Origin: Protoeuglena noctilucae | Lineage: Eukaryota | Assembly: GCA_958009085.1 (NCBI GenBank) | Contig: OY253671.1 | Span: 434,001 to 498,000 of the forward strand | Reading direction: 5' to 3' | Length of the DNA stretch: 64,000 bases | In this document: in pieces, positions 21,854 through 37,224 of the stretch | Position numbering within the stretch: position 1 is the stretch's first letter | Layout of the letters: every line of letters starts with the position of its first letter | Made by a program: the position numbers and the translations under genes | The notes under the pieces: generated by a model | Seen by the model: only the letters and a program-made list of their open reading frames with translations | Database searches by the model: none | What the model was told of the DNA's origin: nothing

Positions 21854-24746
21854 TCAGGCCGTGACCTCGCACGTCTCGGTACGGTGCTCCTCCCGGGTCT
21901 CTTTCTTTTCCACCCGGAAACCCCGGATGCGCACCTCCTCTGGCTGGGACTGGTCCGTCGACGAGACGGGCACGAGCTCCCACCCCGCATTCTGCACGTT
22001 GAGGCCCCGAAGCGTCACGTGCGCGCCGGGTGCCGCCTCGACCACCAGCCCACCGCTGACCGCCAGGCCCTGCGAAAGAAGCAAAGCGACTCGCGAGGTT
22101 GGCCGGCAGAGCAAGGGTGCGGGGCACGGCGCCGACTGCGACGATTGGTGCGGCAGCGTGGGGCCCAGCGTGTGTTGCGCACCCGGATGTCGATCCGCCC
22201 TTCGAGGGATACGACCGCCTTGGGCGCAAGGACCAGCGACTGCATGCGGGACTGTAGCTGCGCCATGGTGATGGCAAAGGAGGGGCTCCAGGTGACCATG
22301 GGGTAGAGGGACGAGGGGATGCCGTTGAACTCGGCTTGCGAGGGCTCGGGGACCACGGCGGCACCCACCAGCTGCAACAGCTGCGAGGATGGGCGAGAAA
22401 AGGGCAGTGTGTCAGGCAGCCTTGGCACAGCACGCAGCTAGGGGAGCATTTGGCCTGTCACAGCCACGCACAGCAGCCGGTGCTGGCCCAAACATGGCCC
22501 AGGCGGCACCGAGATCCCAAGCGGAGGGCCCCGCCTCACTTCTGCTCTGGGAAGTGCCGCAAAGACTCACCCGGCAGTTGCGCTCGTACACCTCCAGCTC
22601 GCTGCTGGTGGCGGAGTGCGTGGGGTTGCCGGACTTGGCTTTGGCCAGGGCCTCATCGGGAGAGTTCTTCACTGGCGAATAGGCCAGCCACACGGGAAGC
22701 ACGGTGAAGCCCACGCGCGCGGCGCTGGGGAAGGACTGCGGGTGGGGATGAAAGGCAGTGGCTGATGCAGGAAGACTGCGGGTGGTGCTACGGGGTGGCG
22801 GGGAATTGGAAAACTGCGGTGGCGCTGCGAGGCAATGGCTGACCGAGGAGCACTGTAGGCAGCACTCTGAGGCCGATGGGCGATGGCTGCCCGGGTCAGG
22901 CCCCCCAGCCTTAACCGCGCACCTTGGGCAGGTCCTGCATCATGCACTCGAGCCTCGTGCTCTTCTTGAACTCGGTGCGGGTGTCGTCCTTGTACTTCGG
23001 GTTCACGAACTCCGAGATGACACCGCCCGTCGCGTGCAGCGTCTCCGCGTACCGAGGCAGCGCCACGATCAGCTCGTTGATGTTGCCGGGGAAGGGCGAG
23101 AAGCCCGTCGACGGGTCGTTCACGTCGCCCTCCGGGAACGCGGAGGACGCCCTGCGAAGGCTCAAAGGGCACAAGGTCGGCATGCAGACGACTCTGCCCC
23201 AGGTACATGGTCGGCATACGGCCCTTGCCCACTCACATGCCCCACAGCTGCCGTGACCCGACCCCTTCCTGCGCTGCGCACCTGAGCATGGGGTCCAGCT
23301 GGTTGTACTCGACGTTCACCGTGACCGCCTGCTTGCCCGAGGACGCGTCGGTGGGCTCGAGGCGGGCGATGGCGCCGATGGCCTCCTTGGCTTTCCGGTT
23401 CACGGCGATGGACATCATGTCAAAGCCCTGGGACGCCGAGACCGCCAGAGCCGGGAGGATGCCGTTGAATGCGGTCGGGTTCGTGTCTTGGAAGAAACAC
23501 ACCCACTTGCGCCCCTCCCGCAGCCATTGGTCGGCGAGGCCCGAGGTGTGCAGCAGCCCGTGCACGTCGCCGTGCCCGTGCGGCTTGGTCTCGACCTTGT
23601 AAGGGCCCGCGAGGCTCAGGTGCGCCTCGGAGTCCGTCAGGCACGCCACCTTCTCCTGCTTGATGAATGTGACCTGGCCGTCCGCGAGGCCGAAGTTGTT
23701 GTGCTGCTTGAAGAGCTCCTCCGTGCGGGCGTGCGTGTCGTCTGACGTCATGATGGCGAGCGGGATGGGCCGCTTGTCGCCCTGGATGGCCAGCAGCCAC
23801 TCGGCGTAGTACTGCATGAACGACTTGCCCGTCACGCTCTCCACCGGGAGCGCGATCTTGATCCCAGAGTAGCCCAGTCGCTCACCCAGCCCCCCCGCGA
23901 CCAGCACAAACGCCGACTCCTGCAATCCAAGCGTCGCATGCGGGTCAGCGAACACAGCGGCGATGACCCGAATCTCAGGCTGCCGTGCGTAGTGCCGCGG
24001 TGCCGCACCTGGGCCTCAGCCACGCCCGCCTGCTCCATCTGCCAAAAGTCCGGGCTGCTCGGGTCCAGGCGCACGCCCTCGGGGACTTTGGGGACGTAGC
24101 CATCTAACGGATTGGTACCAGCCTTGGAATCCGCCAGCAGAGATCGCGCGTTGGCCACGTAGCGGAGGAGCCCGCCTGGATAGCTCTTGTCCAGGTGCAC
24201 GAGCTGGTTCACCACTGCGGCGAGGGCGATGCGGATGACGTCAGCTGCAGTATGTTTCAATCCGAGAATCACCGCGATCAGCATTAAGGAAAAGGCCATC
24301 GGCTGCGTCTACGCGCGCGAGGGAGCGCCCTTGACTTTTGCGCACGGGCTCTCCTCGGAGAGCGGGGGCATCACGCGCGGGCACTCGACGTCCGCGCACG
24401 CTCACTCTGCACTTTCTTGTCGTCATCCTGGCCCTTGGGTGGCCATTTCTCGAAGAGATGGCCCTGCCCATGGTCCGCAAGCGCCTGAAGCAAGCGGCCC
24501 TGCTCCCCGTCGAACAAAGCCCCGTTCCCGTTCGCGTCCCACATATCTCTGCGATCGGAGGTCACGTAAAGCCGAATGGCACGACGCAAGCGAGAGGGGC
24601 GTGTCCTGGGCGCCTCGACTAGCGCTCACCCTCGAGATCGCCCCTTCGTGAGCGGTTCGCAGGGATTCCGCGCTCAAGTCACCCTCGTCGTCGCAACCTC
24701 GTTCAAACGCGGCGATGTGACCGTCCAGAGGGCGTCGCCGACCCAT
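21854..24746 (-). CDS. USP: UDP-sugar pyrophosphorylase
   Basis: [70 protein letters not shown]. Confidence 0.93.
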
Positions 24747-24889
24747 TTGGGTGTTCGATAGGCAGGTCAAACCTCGGGGCTTTCCCCACCCCACAAAGAA
24801 TAGCGCAGGAATACGGACCGTGAAACAGAAACCGTGCTGCTTCATGGCAGTGCCGCGCAAAGGGCGGGCACACTCACGCCGAGGCATCC

Positions 24890-26030
24890 TCATTGCCGCG
24901 GGGCGCCGCCCATGGTGGCCTCGGGCAGGCGCTCGATGGTGTACTTGTGCGACTGGATGTACATGATGGGCACGCCAGGGATCTTCCGAATACGACGCCT
25001 GCGAGCGACAAGCGCTATTAGTGTCTCCCCACAGAGTTGCTAGCAGGCGGTCGCCGGAGCGGCGCATCTCGTCCAAGCGTCCACCTGAGGTCCTTGTCGC
25101 ACGTGGCCACGATGTAGCACTTGTGCTGCGTGACCCGATCCACGAGGCAGTCGTCGGCGTACGTGCCCTTGTGCGCGCACGGGATGCGCTCGAACCGCGG
25201 GTCCTTCGCAATCTTCAGCGCCACCCGGTACTTCTGCCCCAGCTTCTCCAACTCGGCCAGCACTGCGTACAGCGACGAAAGGGCGGTTCATGCGGCTGGG
25301 CGACTGGAAGGGACGCGGTCGCAGGCACCTGCACGCGGGCGCAGCTCACCGCAATCCGTGATGCACGGGGTGCACTTGGCGTACAGGCATTCCATCATCC
25401 CCTGCACGAGGTCGATCTTGTTCTTGATGCTGCGAGCAAGGCCGCGGCGGCAGTGAGGGGCGCTGCACCTTGCGAGGCCTCCCTACCTCTCTACGTGCAG
25501 GGCCTGGCGCGACAGCGAGAAAAAGACGGCCGCACACCTGAAATTGATGAAATTCGTGTCTACCAAAACCATGTATGGGGGTCCGAGAGCTGTGTTGTAT
25601 CGGAAGAACAGCGCGCTGGACGCCTTCTCCACGTGACGAACCCCTGCACGCGGCACCGACGACGCTAACAGGGTCATGAGACTGCAGCGGCATTGCTGAA
25701 GTGCAAAGGCGACAGCTGGGGGCCACGCACCTTTCTTCTCCTCCTTCTTCTTCCCGTTTTGCTGGCCAACCCCATCGGGCTTGAGCTGCTCCTTCCGGAC
25801 CTGCACGCCGCATGTGGACTGAGTTTGCCGCTTCAAGCAGGACAAACGCGACCATGTCTACCCTATGGCAGCGTCCATACGGTTGATAGACGACGAAACA
25901 GCCCGTGGCGCCTGCAGCAAGAGAGGCACGCACGGCTGATGCAGCCATGGCGTCGCCTAACCTTGAGCTCCTTCACGCTCAGCATCCTCTTAACCTCCGC
26001 GAATTTGCGCGTCTTCTTGGCCTTCCCCAT
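24890..26030 (-). CDS. FCF1: rRNA-processing PIN-domain nuclease FCF1/UTP24
   Basis: [82 protein letters not shown]. Confidence 0.95.
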
Positions 26031-26459
26031 GAGACGGGCCCCTGCACGTGCTGCGGGCCGGCGGCCGAAGACAACACCCGCTGCACCGGACTCCAGTTAG
26101 CAGGCCGAAGCTGAGTTTCGCACACAGCAGACATTGCTGCCGAAAAGAAGGCGCTAACGGACGTGGTGGCCTCGGCGGCGGCTGGGTGCCTTGCCCCACC
26201 GACGCGTCGCTGAACGGGAGGGCAGCGCGCACGCTAAACCGCTAGGGGGCTTACCTGACAGTGGCATTATTGTCGCGAGAAAGCGATTTAGAGAGTCAAC
26301 AGGCTGTCCCGTCCGCACAGGAGCGCTGCCACTGCACGCCACGTTGGCGGCCGCAAGCGGCAACTGTGGCTCGGGGGAGTGACTAGCAGCGCCGCGGTCG
26401 CCGGCATCTGCGTACTTCTGGCTGTCCCTGTCGGGACTTGTGCATAGCGTCGGGGATAG

Positions 26460-29179
26460 ATGGCGGACACGGTCAGGTGGGCCACGCCGCGCACAGGCAG
26501 ACTTCACGCTCCCCCCGCGCCGCCTGGCCACGCCGGCCCGCGCTGGTGTGCTCTCGACATCGTATCTGCTCATGCGCAGGTATCTAATGGAGGAGATGGT
26601 CCCGGAACTCGAGGACTTGGAGGTGCGGGGCTACTTCAACCGCGACGAGCTCAAGCAGATTGTCAAGCGGCGCACCGACTTCGAGTACGCGCTCAAGCGC
26701 CGCGCGGCTCTCAAGCAGGACTTCTTGCGCTACGCGGAGTACGAAATGAAGCTTGAGGACCTGCGGCGCATGCGCCGCGCCTCCCGGGGCATTCAGGGCA
26801 AGAAGACGCTCGCCGATTTCGCCATCGTCCGGAGGTGCGCCGCTTGCGATACTGCGCTGCCATGCTTGCATGAACCGTCGCGTACATGCCCTGTGATTCG
26901 CATCTGCTTTGGCTCGCAGAGTCCACTTCATCTACGAGCGTGCCACGCGGAAGTTCCGAGGGGATATGACCCTTTGGATGCAGTGGCTCAAGGTGAGAGA
27001 CGATGGCAAGCGAATGTACGTGCTGTAATGTCTCACATCCTTCCTTCGCTCTTAACTACCGTGCCCACTTGTTTCTGCAGTTCTGCCGCAAGTGCGCGTC
27101 GAACAAGCAGACGTCCAAGACCCTGACCAAGGCCCTGCAGCTGCACCCCAAAGTCCCGGGCCTGTGGGCCTACGCTGCGGCATGGGAGTTTGAGAGCAAC
27201 AAGAACCCCCAGGTGTGAGGGACGTGTCGATGCTGGCCGACAAGCCAAGCAGAAACGCTGGCGTTACGCTGCGGGGTGCCGTGGAGCGCGGCACTGCGTC
27301 TGCCATGCGTCTCACACTCCACGCTGGTGACAGCCACGAGGCTAGGGTAACCCTTGCCGTCCGTCTGCCCTGCACCTCGCAGGCGGCCCGGGCGTTGATG
27401 CAGCAGGGCCTACGTGTGTGCCAGGACTCCCCGCTCCTCTGGGCCGAGTATTTCCGCTTCGAGCTCCTGTACGCACACAAGCTGCGCGTGCGGCGCAAGG
27501 TCCTCGGGCTGGCTGGCCCGGAGGACGCGCCCCTGGACGCCAGCGATGAGACTGAGGTGCGTGCTTTGCTTGGGAGATCGGAAGCTTTCGCAGCCGCAGA
27601 GCCTTTGTCGCCGTTTGCACCGTGTGACTTACAACATGAGTGCTTTCGTGCTCGTCTTGCTCGCAGGCTGCGGCCAGGGCGGTGCTGGAGGGTGCGGTGG
27701 CGGCGGTGGTGCTGAAGAACGCCTTTGCGGCGTTACCCGCCTCGGTGGAGCTGCGGCGGGGTCTGCTCGGGTCCCTGAGGCTGTTCGACTTCTCCGGGAC
27801 GGCGGCCCTGCGGGAGACCATCCTGTCGAATCTGCGAGAGATGGCCCGGAGCGACGAGGAGGCTGCGGACCTGCTGGCGAGGGAGGTGTTCCAAGGCACA
27901 GATTTGACCGGGGACCAGATGGGCACGCTCGCGGAGAGCCTGGCTGAGTTCGAGGATGCGTACCGGGCCCTGCCCTCTGGCGTCATGGCTGGGAAGTTCT
28001 CACGCTTCCTTGTTGAGGTCGCGCAGGCGAGACGCGGGGGCATGTCACGCGCATATGCACGCGACCGCTGATTGGTGTCCTGGGTGGGCGGGCCGGCGCT
28101 GCCGTGCTCCCCATACGCTCTGCTGGGTGCCTTGTTGCCAGACCGTTGCCCCGGGTGAGCGTGCCTAGCGCTGCCGTTTCCCTCATGTGCTCTGCATGGT
28201 AATCCGCAGGCTGCGAGGGAGGCGGCCAATGCGAGCGCTCTGGCCCTCGTCGATCGACACCTGGAAAGCCTCTTTGAGGACGAGCTGGGCCGGGTGCGAC
28301 GCGAGCGCGACACGGTCGGGGCTGGCAGCGGGGCAGCCAGTGGCGGGGCCAGTGTGGCAGCATCCAGCGAGGCGTTCGTCGTACGCGTGTCGTTCCTCGC
28401 GGCAAAGGGCGACGGGGCGGGGGCGCTGCGGGCAGCGGAGGCGGCGTCGGGCGCAGACCCAGCGAGCGGTGCGCTGTGGCAGACGCGGTTGGCTTTGCAC
28501 GCGTCCCAGCACGGCGCCGGCGACGCGACCACGAGGGACGCCATCCTCCAGGCGCTCGATGGGCCCGCGGGTGCCGACCCTGCCCTGTGGCTGTGCGCCC
28601 TGCGCCTGGCGGCCAGCGGCGGTCACGGCATCGACTTCCTTCGCCCGCACCTGGTGCGCCGGGTGGCCCTGGGCACGCAGCTGGGCGGGGTCCCGGACTT
28701 TGGCCCCGTGGTCCGAGCGGCAGTGGACGTCGGTGAGTCGCCCAGGCCCGATAGCAGCGGCGACCTCTCTGAGATGTTATCTGCGCCTTGGCTGAGTCTC
28801 GACGTGCCAAGCGTGACGCGCCCTCCGCCTGCCATCCGCAGCGGTGGGCCACAGCGGTGCCGAGGCGGGGCTGGCCCTAGCCCAAGAGCTCCTGAGGCTT
28901 CCCAAGCCGGGCGCGGACCTTTTCCGCCGCGTCATTGCGCTCGAGACAGCGCGAGCCCTGGCGGAGGACGCACCCGGCAGGACCGCGATGGACCGCGTGT
29001 GGCGCGCGTGCGATGCGGCGCTCGAGCACTACGGCCAGCAGGACGCGGGGCTCTGGGCGAGCTACCACCGCCTGTGCGCCGCGCACGACCCCGCCAAGGC
29101 TGGGCAGGTGCACTGGCGTGCTGTCAAGGCTCTGGATGACCCCGACGACTTCGCGGCCTTCTGTGCCGCACAGCAGTGA
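26460..29179 (+). CDS. UTP6: U3 snoRNA-associated protein 6 (HAT repeats)
   Basis: MADTVR|YLMEEMVPELEDLE..GYF..ELKQIVKRRTDFEYALKRR; FIYERATRKFRGDMTLW; ALQLHPKVPGLWAYAAAWEFE; ARALMQQGLR. Confidence 0.9.
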
Positions 29180-29426
29180 AGCTGTCACTGGCGCGTCACT
29201 GGCGCGGGGTTGTTGTCCTAGTGGTGGAAGCTGAGAGGTTCGCGCGTGCAGGCCATTTAGGCCCTTGGCCTCGCTGCGACTCGGCAGTTCTGCCCCAACT
29301 AGGCGCTGCTTAAGGTCTCTGGTATTTCATGCGTATCTTGAAGCGGGCAGCGCTTTGCAGAGCCTGCCGAGCGTCCCGCAACTCTTGCAAGCTCCCTCAG
29401 CTCCATCACAGCCACCGCACTCTTCG

Positions 29427-32400
29427 TCACATGAACACCTCCATGCGGTCGACCTCGTCCATTTTCTTGAGGTCCGTGGCGTCCGCCCGCGCCCTGACGA
29501 CCTCCAGCACCTCGTCGCCCGTCAGAGTGCCCTGCATCATGAGTGCCTCCTCCAGAGCCTCCAGCGCAGCGCGGTTGCGCGACAAGAGCTCCCGGACCTG
29601 CGTTGAAAGCACCGCTTAGCTGAGCTCACACACAGCCGAGCGGCTCTGTTGCGAGCGCCATCGGCTGGGCAGGCGGCGGGTGGCAGGCGGCGTGTCGTAC
29701 CCCACCATCTGGTCTCGTCAACCTGGATGGCTTGGCATCAGGTACATCATCTCATCTCCGCCCACCACTCGCCTGCTTGTACGTCTCGTCGAGGATGCGG
29801 CCCATGGCGCGGTCGGCGCGGTTGTGCGTGTCCATTGTCATGGTGGGCGACACCTCGAGAATCAGCTGCCTGTCTCCCTGGTGCAGCGGGGCCGCCAGGG
29901 GCAGCGTGCCCACCAGCGCATCACCCTCCATGGCCTGCAAGCGGGGTCAGCCAGCCGCTATGCACCACACAACAGCCCACGAACCCACAGTGTACATGCT
30001 CACAGTGCAGTTCGAACTGTCTATATCTCGAAGAAGAAGCGCGGCACGGACCTCCGCGACCACGAGCTTGGTGGCGATGTCGCGTGCCTTGCACAGCCGC
30101 CCGTGGTTGATCGTAGAGAGGTTCTCTGCCCCATAGATGAGGTCCTCCGCGGCACGTCCTGGGTCGAAAGCAAGAGGAGCAGGCCGTGGCTTCATTAACA
30201 AAGCAAAGCGGCGGAGAAGGGTGAGTACCTGCGCTGCTGAGGCTTGCAATCGCAGTCAGGACAGGACCGAGCACGGGGTGGCAGGTGACGGTGACTGGAG
30301 CGTGGCAAGCAGGGAGCAAACGCTGGTCATCGTCGTGTGTGCGTGGTGACAAGTGTGTGTGGCAGTCTCTCGCAGCCATGGCCCGGGGACCACAGCAGGC
30401 TCCACGCCGCTCGGCACCACGAATGGGCCGAGGGCGCGAGGCCCGTCATGCCAGGGACTGCCGCCCAGGGCTCGCCGCGGCGCCCAGTCGCGGCGGCCGG
30501 CAGGACGCCGGCCAGTGCGGGTGGGCAGCGGCGGGCCCGGTCGCTCTCCCAGGGGTGTAACGGCGTGCCCGGCACAGGAGAGCCAGGCACCCTGACTTAT
30601 CCCTGGCGTCACGCATGCCTCGGTGCTCCCGCAGCCGGACCCGCCCTTCTCAGCAAACGACTCACCCGCCAGCTCGACCATCATCTGCTCCCTCAGGTAC
30701 CGCCGCGTCCACATGCGCGTCAGCTCCCGCGCCTCGTCCACTGCCAGCGTCGTGTGACCCAGGGGGAACTTCTCGCGAGGGACGACCGTGCACTTCTCCA
30801 CAGGCTCAATCGCAGGCATGAGGCTCGCCACCAGCGCGGTGGCCGCCTCCTGCACGCCCAGCCGGCGGCGCTGAGACAGGCTGCGTAAAACGAGACACCG
30901 GGCATCTGCTCAGACACCAAGGCACCCCATGTGACGCCGTCACATGGCAAAGTCAGTGAAATGCAGAGAGACGAGTTCATCACAGCGTACGGCTGCGGCC
31001 CAGTGTCTGGGTGGCGGTGGGGCAGGGCACGGTGGGGCGTGACCTGGCCACCTTGCTGCAGTCGGCAGCGCACCTCTGGATGGGCCGGGGTGCCCCGAGC
31101 CGCTCGTAGTCGAGGGCATCGAACATGTCCGCCTGCGTGATGACCTCCCTGCCGGCGCGCGCGGCCAGGATAGCGGCCATGTTGATGAGGTTGGCGATCA
31201 TCGCCCCCGAGAACTGCTGCGTCACAAAGGCCAGCTCCCGCAGGTCCAGGCCCTCGTGGGGCTTGCCGCGGAGGTGCACGTTGAAAATCTCGATGCGGCC
31301 CTCGAAGTCCGGGCGGTCCACGAAGATGATCCGATCGAAGCGGCCGGGGCTGCAGGGCGCGTTTCGGAGGTGCGGTCATGCGTGGCACTCAACAAAGCGA
31401 GGCGAGGGCAGTGCATGGCGTGGCGCGCCCGAATGTCATTAGATCAAAAGCTTAAAGCCAACACGGCTGACAGCCAGAGCCAGAGCCAGCCCCACCAGCT
31501 GGTGTCGTGACATGCAAGCGGCGGCGGGCGTCACCGGATGAGGGCGGGGTCGAGGACGTCCTTGCGGTTGGTGGCGGCCATGACGATGACGTCCGACTGG
31601 GAGTCGAACCCGTCCATGCACGACAGCATCTGGTTCAGCGTCTGGTCTCGCTCGTCGTTGCCCTTGGCCCCGCCACGCACGCGGCCCACCGCGTCAATCT
31701 GCGAGAACGCGATTACCAAGACCCCGGTCTCTCCACCATCCCATGCTGCGGCACCCCCGCGAGGTGCACTAAAGCGCCGCTGGGCATGTGGAGCCACCCG
31801 CGCCCGGTCCTCGCCTCATCGATGAAGACGATGCAGGGCGCGAGCTTCTTGGCCGTATTGAAGAGGTCGCGTACGCGCGAGGCGCCCACGCCGACGAACA
31901 TCTCGACGAACTCGGAGGCGTTGACGCAGAGGAAGTCGACGCCCGCCTCGCCCGCCACCGCCCGCGCCAGGAGGGTCTTCCCCGTGCCGGGAGGGCCGCA
32001 CAGGAGGACGCCGCGGGGGACGCGCGCGCCGGACTTGATGAACTTCTCGGGATTGCGGAAGAAATCCACCACCTGCGGCCACATGAAGCGATTCGCAAGC
32101 TCGCACCCTGGGTCGCATGCGTTGCGAGTGCAGGGGCGCACGCTAGGTCGCAGCCACGGTCCCACGCACCTCCACGACCTCCTCCTTCGCGTCCCCCAGC
32201 CCCGCCACGTCCTCGAAAAGGACCGGCCGGTCGTCGTCCGCGTGCTGCAGCTTGAGCCGCCGGCGCGCGGCCGCCTTGGTCTTGGCCTTGGTCACGCGGG
32301 TCGTGTTCATGCGCCCGAAACGCTTCCCCTTCTCCACGTCGTCCATCTCGCCCTCCTCCTCCCTCCGCCGCGCCGCCCGCTCCTCGGCCGCGTCCCGCTG

Positions 32401-33888
32401 CGCCTTCGCCTTCGCCTCCGTCGCCACGTACGTGCCGCTGCGCCGCGCCTGCATGTCCTTCAGCTCGTCGCTCGGGCCCTTCTCCCTCGCCACCTGCGGG
32501 AGACATACCGGCGCCGTGACGTGACACCTGCGCGGCGCTCGTGAGCCGCAGCAGCCCTGGCCGCCCTCGCCCAGGGACTGGGGCCAGGTCGCCTGCCCTG
32601 CAGCGATTGGCGTCAGACCTGGAAAATGCTCTCGACCTCCTCTCTTGGGATCCGCGCCTCCTCCTCCCGATACAGCGACAGGTGCTTGAGGATGTCGTCC
32701 ACGGTGGTGGTCGGATCCAGCGCCATCTCCTCAATCTCCAAGCGGAACTCCAGGGCCCGCGCTTCCCGGCGCTCCTGGGCGCGCTTCTCGGCGGCTCGCT
32801 TGCGGAGGAGCGCGCGGTCATCCGCGTCGCCCTTGCGCCAGGCCGCGTACTTGGCAGCGGCCAGCACGCCCGCCAGCGCCACGGCCGGGATGGTCTTGGT
32901 GAAGATATCCATCTGGGCTTTGCTCGGGCGCCACGTAGGCGTCGTCATGGAAGGCACGGGCTGCGGGGGCCCAGGACTGCTCGCGTCTGGCCACGCCACC
33001 CTGCCCTCATGCGCCTCCAAAGCAGGGCTGTCGAGACCCTAAGTGAAACAGGCTGTCTAAAAGGCGACTGTCAAGCGCCAAGAGTGGCCGCTCGCCGTGC
33101 TATGCGGACACCGCCCAGCCCTTGCCTGCTCCTTCAGCTTCTGGCCCATGACGCCGTGGGTCTCCATCGCGTAGAAAATGCGCATGGCACCGGCGTGCGT
33201 TGGCACGTACGACTGCTTGAGCGTGCCGTCCTTGTAGATGACGAGGCACGGGCCGTCAATAACGTCCACGTTCGTCTTGGTGTACCAGTAGATGCGCGAG
33301 ACGCGCTCGTGCCGAATGTCGTGCAACAAGGCCCCCATGTCGACCGTCTCCCTGACGACCGGCAGCCCGTACTTTGGCTCGTACAGGAACCTGCGCGGGC
33401 GCGAAGGGTGCACATACGCTCACTCCGGGCGAGGCGCACCCCCGCGACCCGACCGCCGGCGCGGAGGGCCCCCTCACGGTGTCATCTCCCAGTCGTCGCC
33501 TCCCGTCTTCCCCTGCACCGCCTTGAGGGCGTAACCGCGACGCCTAGGAGGCGCGGCACGCCATGCTCGCCCCGCGGGACGGCCCAGGCTCCTCCACCCC
33601 GCGTCCTCCGCCTGGGCAGCAGAGCGTGGCGTCAGGGGATTCATGTGTGTGCAATGAGTCCGCACCGACGATCGCGCGGCGAGACAACGCATCACGCAGC
33701 GAAGAAAAGCGGATGGGGGCGGGCTGTCGTCCTCGGAAAGCGGCATCGAGGTCGCGAACCAAAGAGCTCCGCCCGACCGACTCGATTTATCAAATTGACC
33801 CCATCAACTCTGATCGCTGTGTCACCTGGCGTCTCCCGCTGCAGCTGGGGAGGCACTCGGCCCTGCCCAGCGCCAATCCCGACATCAT
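29427..33888 (-). CDS. FtsH-like AAA ATPase lacking the protease zinc motif (FtsHi-type)
   Basis: FEDVAG, Walker A GPPGTGKT, Walker B IVFIDE|IDAVG, second region of homology [25 protein letters not shown] in the HExxH position; [12 protein letters not shown]. Start approximate. Confidence 0.88.
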
Positions 33889-34157
33889 CGCATGTCCAGT
33901 GCACCAGTCGAAAGAGCAGTGACGCCGGACGGCAGCGTGCACGCCAAAAGCAGTCAGCTTCGGCCTCTGACATGCCAGGGTATTCAACCCAGCGATCGAT
34001 GGCGCTGCCACCAACCCCTGCAGCACGATTGGTCAGTCCCGTCAAGCAGGGGACGCGCCGGCGGGCCCAGGGTGTCCGACCGCACCGAGGTGGGGTGCCA
34101 CAGCGCGATCCGGGCCGTGCCGCGCCAGGCAGCCCGCTGTCGCAAACTGCAGCCCCT

Positions 34158-35794
<1,637 letters not shown>

Positions 35795-36239
35795 GCCCGA
35801 CGATGCGCAGCCAGGAAAGGTCTGGGCTCAGGATTTGCGGCGAAAGCCACGCGGCATGCAAGTTCAAACTTTGGGGACGCGCGAACGCGTCAGCAGAGAA
35901 CCCAGGGCTGAACCACGGGACGCTTATTCGCGGAGCAGGAGGCGGCGGGATCAGCACGCGCTGCCAGGAGCCGTCCGGCTGCTGTCGGGGCCGGGGCGTC
36001 GCAGGAAACCGCCAGCTCCCGCGAGCCGCAGATGATGTTGACGCCATCCAGCTGTCCTGCAAATCATTCGCAGCGTTTTGCGCCCATCGCGGACCTCGTG
36101 AGCTGCGCGGCCCCCGTCACGGCGCTTCCCCGCCTTGCCAGCAGCTGATACGCCGCGCCTCGTGTCTTGCACACCCCTTCCTCGGCCGCGCCAGAGTACA
36201 CCGCGAGTTCAGGCGGGCTGACGGGTGGTGGGGGCCGCG

Positions 36240-37224
36240 ATGCCGCCCAAGGGACACCCACTCGCCCCGCGCATCAAGCGCATCATGCAGGCCGACGAGG
36301 AGGTGGGGAAGATCAGGTGACTTGTTTGCGATGCGCGCGTTGTTATCTGATGTGCCGCGAGCCGCAGCTTCCGAGGCCGGCGTCGCGCTGGACGTTCCGG
36401 AGCGCCCCCTGGCGTCCACGTCCCGCAGCAACCTCTCCCCCATCGTGATTGGCGTGGCGGTGGACCTCTTCGTGGACGATTTGGTCGCCGGGGCAGCAAG
36501 TATATGCGACCAGCGTGGGGGAAAGGCCCTCGGGTCCTCGCACCTCAAGAGCTACGTGCAGTCGCAGAGCAACCTCGACTTTATCCACCATCTGTTCCAG
36601 GACGTGCCTGACTTGGCCCCGGAAACGAAAAAGGCGAGCATTGCGCTTGCGTCTCCGCCGCGGCAGGCAGCATCGCGCGCCTGGCGACGTCCAATATCTT
36701 CGTTGCAGAAGCGTGCGCGCAAGAGCGCGGCCAAGGGCGAAGGGAAAACCGCGAAGAAGCGCCGCAAGGCGATGATTTCTTCGGAAGAAGAGGAAGAGGA
36801 GCAGGAGCAAGAGCTCGCATCCGGTGGAGAGCAGGACGAGGAAGAGGAGCGAGGGGCGGGGCCCGAAGGCGACGACGCCCCTGCAGCGGAGGCAGTGCGC
36901 GGAGGAGAGGAGGAGGGCGGGTGGGAGCGAGACGAGGGCAACGGCGATGGCGAGGGCGAGGGGGCGGGGGAGGAGGGGAGGGCCAGGGAGAGTTTGGGGG
37001 CCGAAGAAGCGGGGGGCGCATGGAACGAGGAGGCGGGTGGGGCCGAGCCGGTGGAGTGGGAGGGAGGCAGGGCGGAGGGCGAGGGATCGGAGGGGGCGGC
37101 GGGTGCCGGGGCGTGGGACGGGTCTGACAGCGAGGGGGCCTCATCGCGGGGCGCGTCTGACACCAGCAGCGGAGAGGTCAGCGGGGATGACAGTGACGAG
37201 GGTAGCGACGAGGACACTGGCTAA
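36240..37224 (+). CDS. Histone-fold protein, NC2-alpha (DRAP1)-like, with acidic tail
   Basis: PRIKRIMQADEEVGKI|SNLSPIVIGVAVDLFVDDL...HLKSYV...LDFI..L; Glu/Gly-rich C-terminus. Confidence 0.8.

Noticed and set aside
30255..30335. C/D-box snoRNA candidate (ACGATGA...CTGA on the minus strand) in the long FtsHi intron
   Set aside because: Imperfect C box, no convincing terminal stem or recognisable rRNA guide; the CTGAC may simply be a branch-point-like word.
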